NCBI GenBank assembly: GCA_017656145.1
Contig: JACDOI010000008.1
Span: 7,389-71,388, forward strand
Length of the DNA stretch: 64,000 nucleotides
Source: Bacillota bacterium
GTDB lineage: Bacteria > Bacillota > Limnochordia > Limnochordales > ZCTH02-B6
Reading direction: 5' to 3'
Shown piece by piece: positions 63,149-64,000 of this stretch. Numbering within the stretch: the stretch's first letter is position 1; every line of letters starts with the position of its first letter. The notes under the pieces were generated by a model that saw only the letters and a list, made by a program, of their open reading frames with translations, was not told the origin of the DNA and made no database searches. Position numbers and translations under genes: made by a program.

Positions 63149-64000
63149 TCAGGACAGGCGCAAGGCCACCGTCTTTACCTGGGTATAGGAGAGCAACCCC
63201 TCCATCCCTTTCTCCCGCCCGAAGCCGCTTCGCTTATACCCGCCGAAAGGCAGCTCCACTCCGCCCGCGGCGCCGTACGAATTGATGAATACTTGGCCGG
63301 CCTTGAGCTCTCGGGCGACCCGGTGGGCCCGGCTCACATCTTGGGTCCATACGCCGGCCACAAGGCCATATTCCGTCCCGTTGGCAAGCCGCACGGCTTC
63401 TTCCTCGCTGTCGAACGGCAACACGGCCAACACCGGACCAAACACTTCCTCTTGGGCCAGGCGCATGGCCTCGTTGACATCCGCAAACAGCGTGGGCTCC
63501 ACGAAAAAGCCGCCTGCCATCTCGCTGGCCGCCGGGGTCCCGCCGCCGAACACGAGCGCGGCACCCTCCTCGCGGGCGCTTTGAACGTAACCGAGCACCC
63601 GGTCCCGCTGCTCGGCCGTGATCAACGGCCCAAGGTCCGGATCAGCGATTCCCGGCCCAAGGCGCACTTTGGCGAACGCGTCTTGGATGAACGCTACCGC
63701 GGCATCGTGCACCTGGCGCTCCACCAACAGCCTGGAGCCCGCGCTGCATGTCTGGCCAGCGTTTTGCAAAATGGCCCGCACGGTAGTGGACAAGGCTTGG
63801 TCAAGGTCAGCATCGGCGAACACGATCTGGGGAGATTTCCCGCCCAGTTCCAAGGTGATCGGCGTCACTCGGCGAGCCGCGGCCTGCATGACCAATGTGC
63901 CGGTGGCTACCGAACCGGTAAAACTGAGATGATCGATCCCCGGATGAGCTGCCAAGTGCGCCCCCGCATCGTGGCCGAATCCCGGAACCGCGTTGAACAC
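63149..64000 (-). CDS. NAD(P)-dependent aldehyde dehydrogenase; C-terminal ~283 aa, with the 5' end outside the window
   Basis: It has ELGGKSP, the catalytic Cys context (NAGQTCSAGSRLLV) and EEVFGPVL. The ORF is open at the window end. Confidence 0.85.
   Translation of the reverse strand: MFNAVPGFGHDAGAHLAAHPGIDHLSFTGSVATGTLVMQAAARRVTPITLELGGKSPQIVFADADLDQALSTTVRAILQNAGQTCSAGSRLLVERQVHDAAVAFIQDAFAKVRLGPGIADPDLGPLITAEQRDRVLGYVQSAREEGAALVFGGGTPAASEMAGGFFVEPTLFADVNEAMRLAQEEVFGPVLAVLPFDSEEEAVRLANGTEYGLVAGVWTQDVSRAHRVARELKAGQVFINSYGAAGGVELPFGGYKRSGFGREKGMEGLLSYTQVKTVALRLS

Overview
This window is a 64-kb piece of a high-GC chromosome, roughly two-thirds G+C by eye. Its gene order is typical of Bacillota (Firmicutes). 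All calls come from reading the sequence and the supplied ORF track and from recalled family motifs; no searches were run. Start codons were re-picked by eye from SD-like motifs and are less certain than the gene identities.

Contents from left to right:
- 1-3.2 kb: a Tat-exported formate dehydrogenase. Its alpha subunit carries an in-frame UGA (selenocysteine) followed by a SECIS-like hairpin. The first codons of the FeS beta subunit are also present.
- 3.3-8.3 kb: two divergent fdhD paralogs and two moeA genes, one fused to a PBP-like domain.
- 8.3-11.8 kb: a DUF1624 membrane protein, then a DsrE-like / TusA / SQR-like flavoprotein / DUF1641 sulfur cluster preceded by a near-perfect palindrome.
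- 11.9-13.8 kb: a beta-propeller lactonase and a frameshifted gene remnant.
- 13.9-14.4 kb: four tRNAs (Thr-GGU, initiator Met, Tyr, Thr-UGU).
- 14.6-19.5 kb: sigH, rlmB, mrnC, cysS and cysE on the minus strand, with a Cys T-box leader and a canonical promoter.
- 19.6-24.3 kb: a clearly lower-GC island encoding acoABC-like E1alpha/E1beta/E2 plus an AcoX-like kinase-fold protein. It is bracketed by an imperfect 18-nt direct repeat.
- 24.4-29.3 kb: a second, native-GC 2-oxoacid dehydrogenase operon (E1alpha/E1beta/E2/E3).
- 29.3-33.3 kb: a small Cys protein behind an RBS-sequestering hairpin, a ba3-type (B-family) cytochrome oxidase operon, and a divergent membrane-anchored cytochrome c.
- 33.4-35.5 kb: a split B12-dependent acyl-CoA mutase with an isobutyryl-CoA-mutase-like Phe/Gln signature.
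- 35.6-39.5 kb: an FMN riboswitch (with a 13-nt insertion) followed by ribD-ribE-ribBA-ribH.
- 39.6-51.8 kb, minus strand: a GHL10-like protein, fused ispDF, yacL-like PIN/TRAM, carD, disA, radA, clpC, mcsB, mcsA and ctsR with its operator.
- 51.9-64 kb: a class V aminotransferase, an HExxH protein, arginase, hemE-hemH-hemY, acs, a TRAP transporter (dctPQM) and a partial aldehyde dehydrogenase.

I found no CRISPR array, integrase, transposase or rRNA. I did not find an unambiguous novel multi-gene system. The most interesting items are:
- the selenoprotein FDH with a Cys-less FdhD paralog;
- the repeat-bracketed low-GC aco island;
- the CsoR/CstR-like palindrome with no regulator gene nearby;
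- the FMN riboswitch insertion;
- the RBS-hairpin plus small Cys protein;
- the IspDF fusion.
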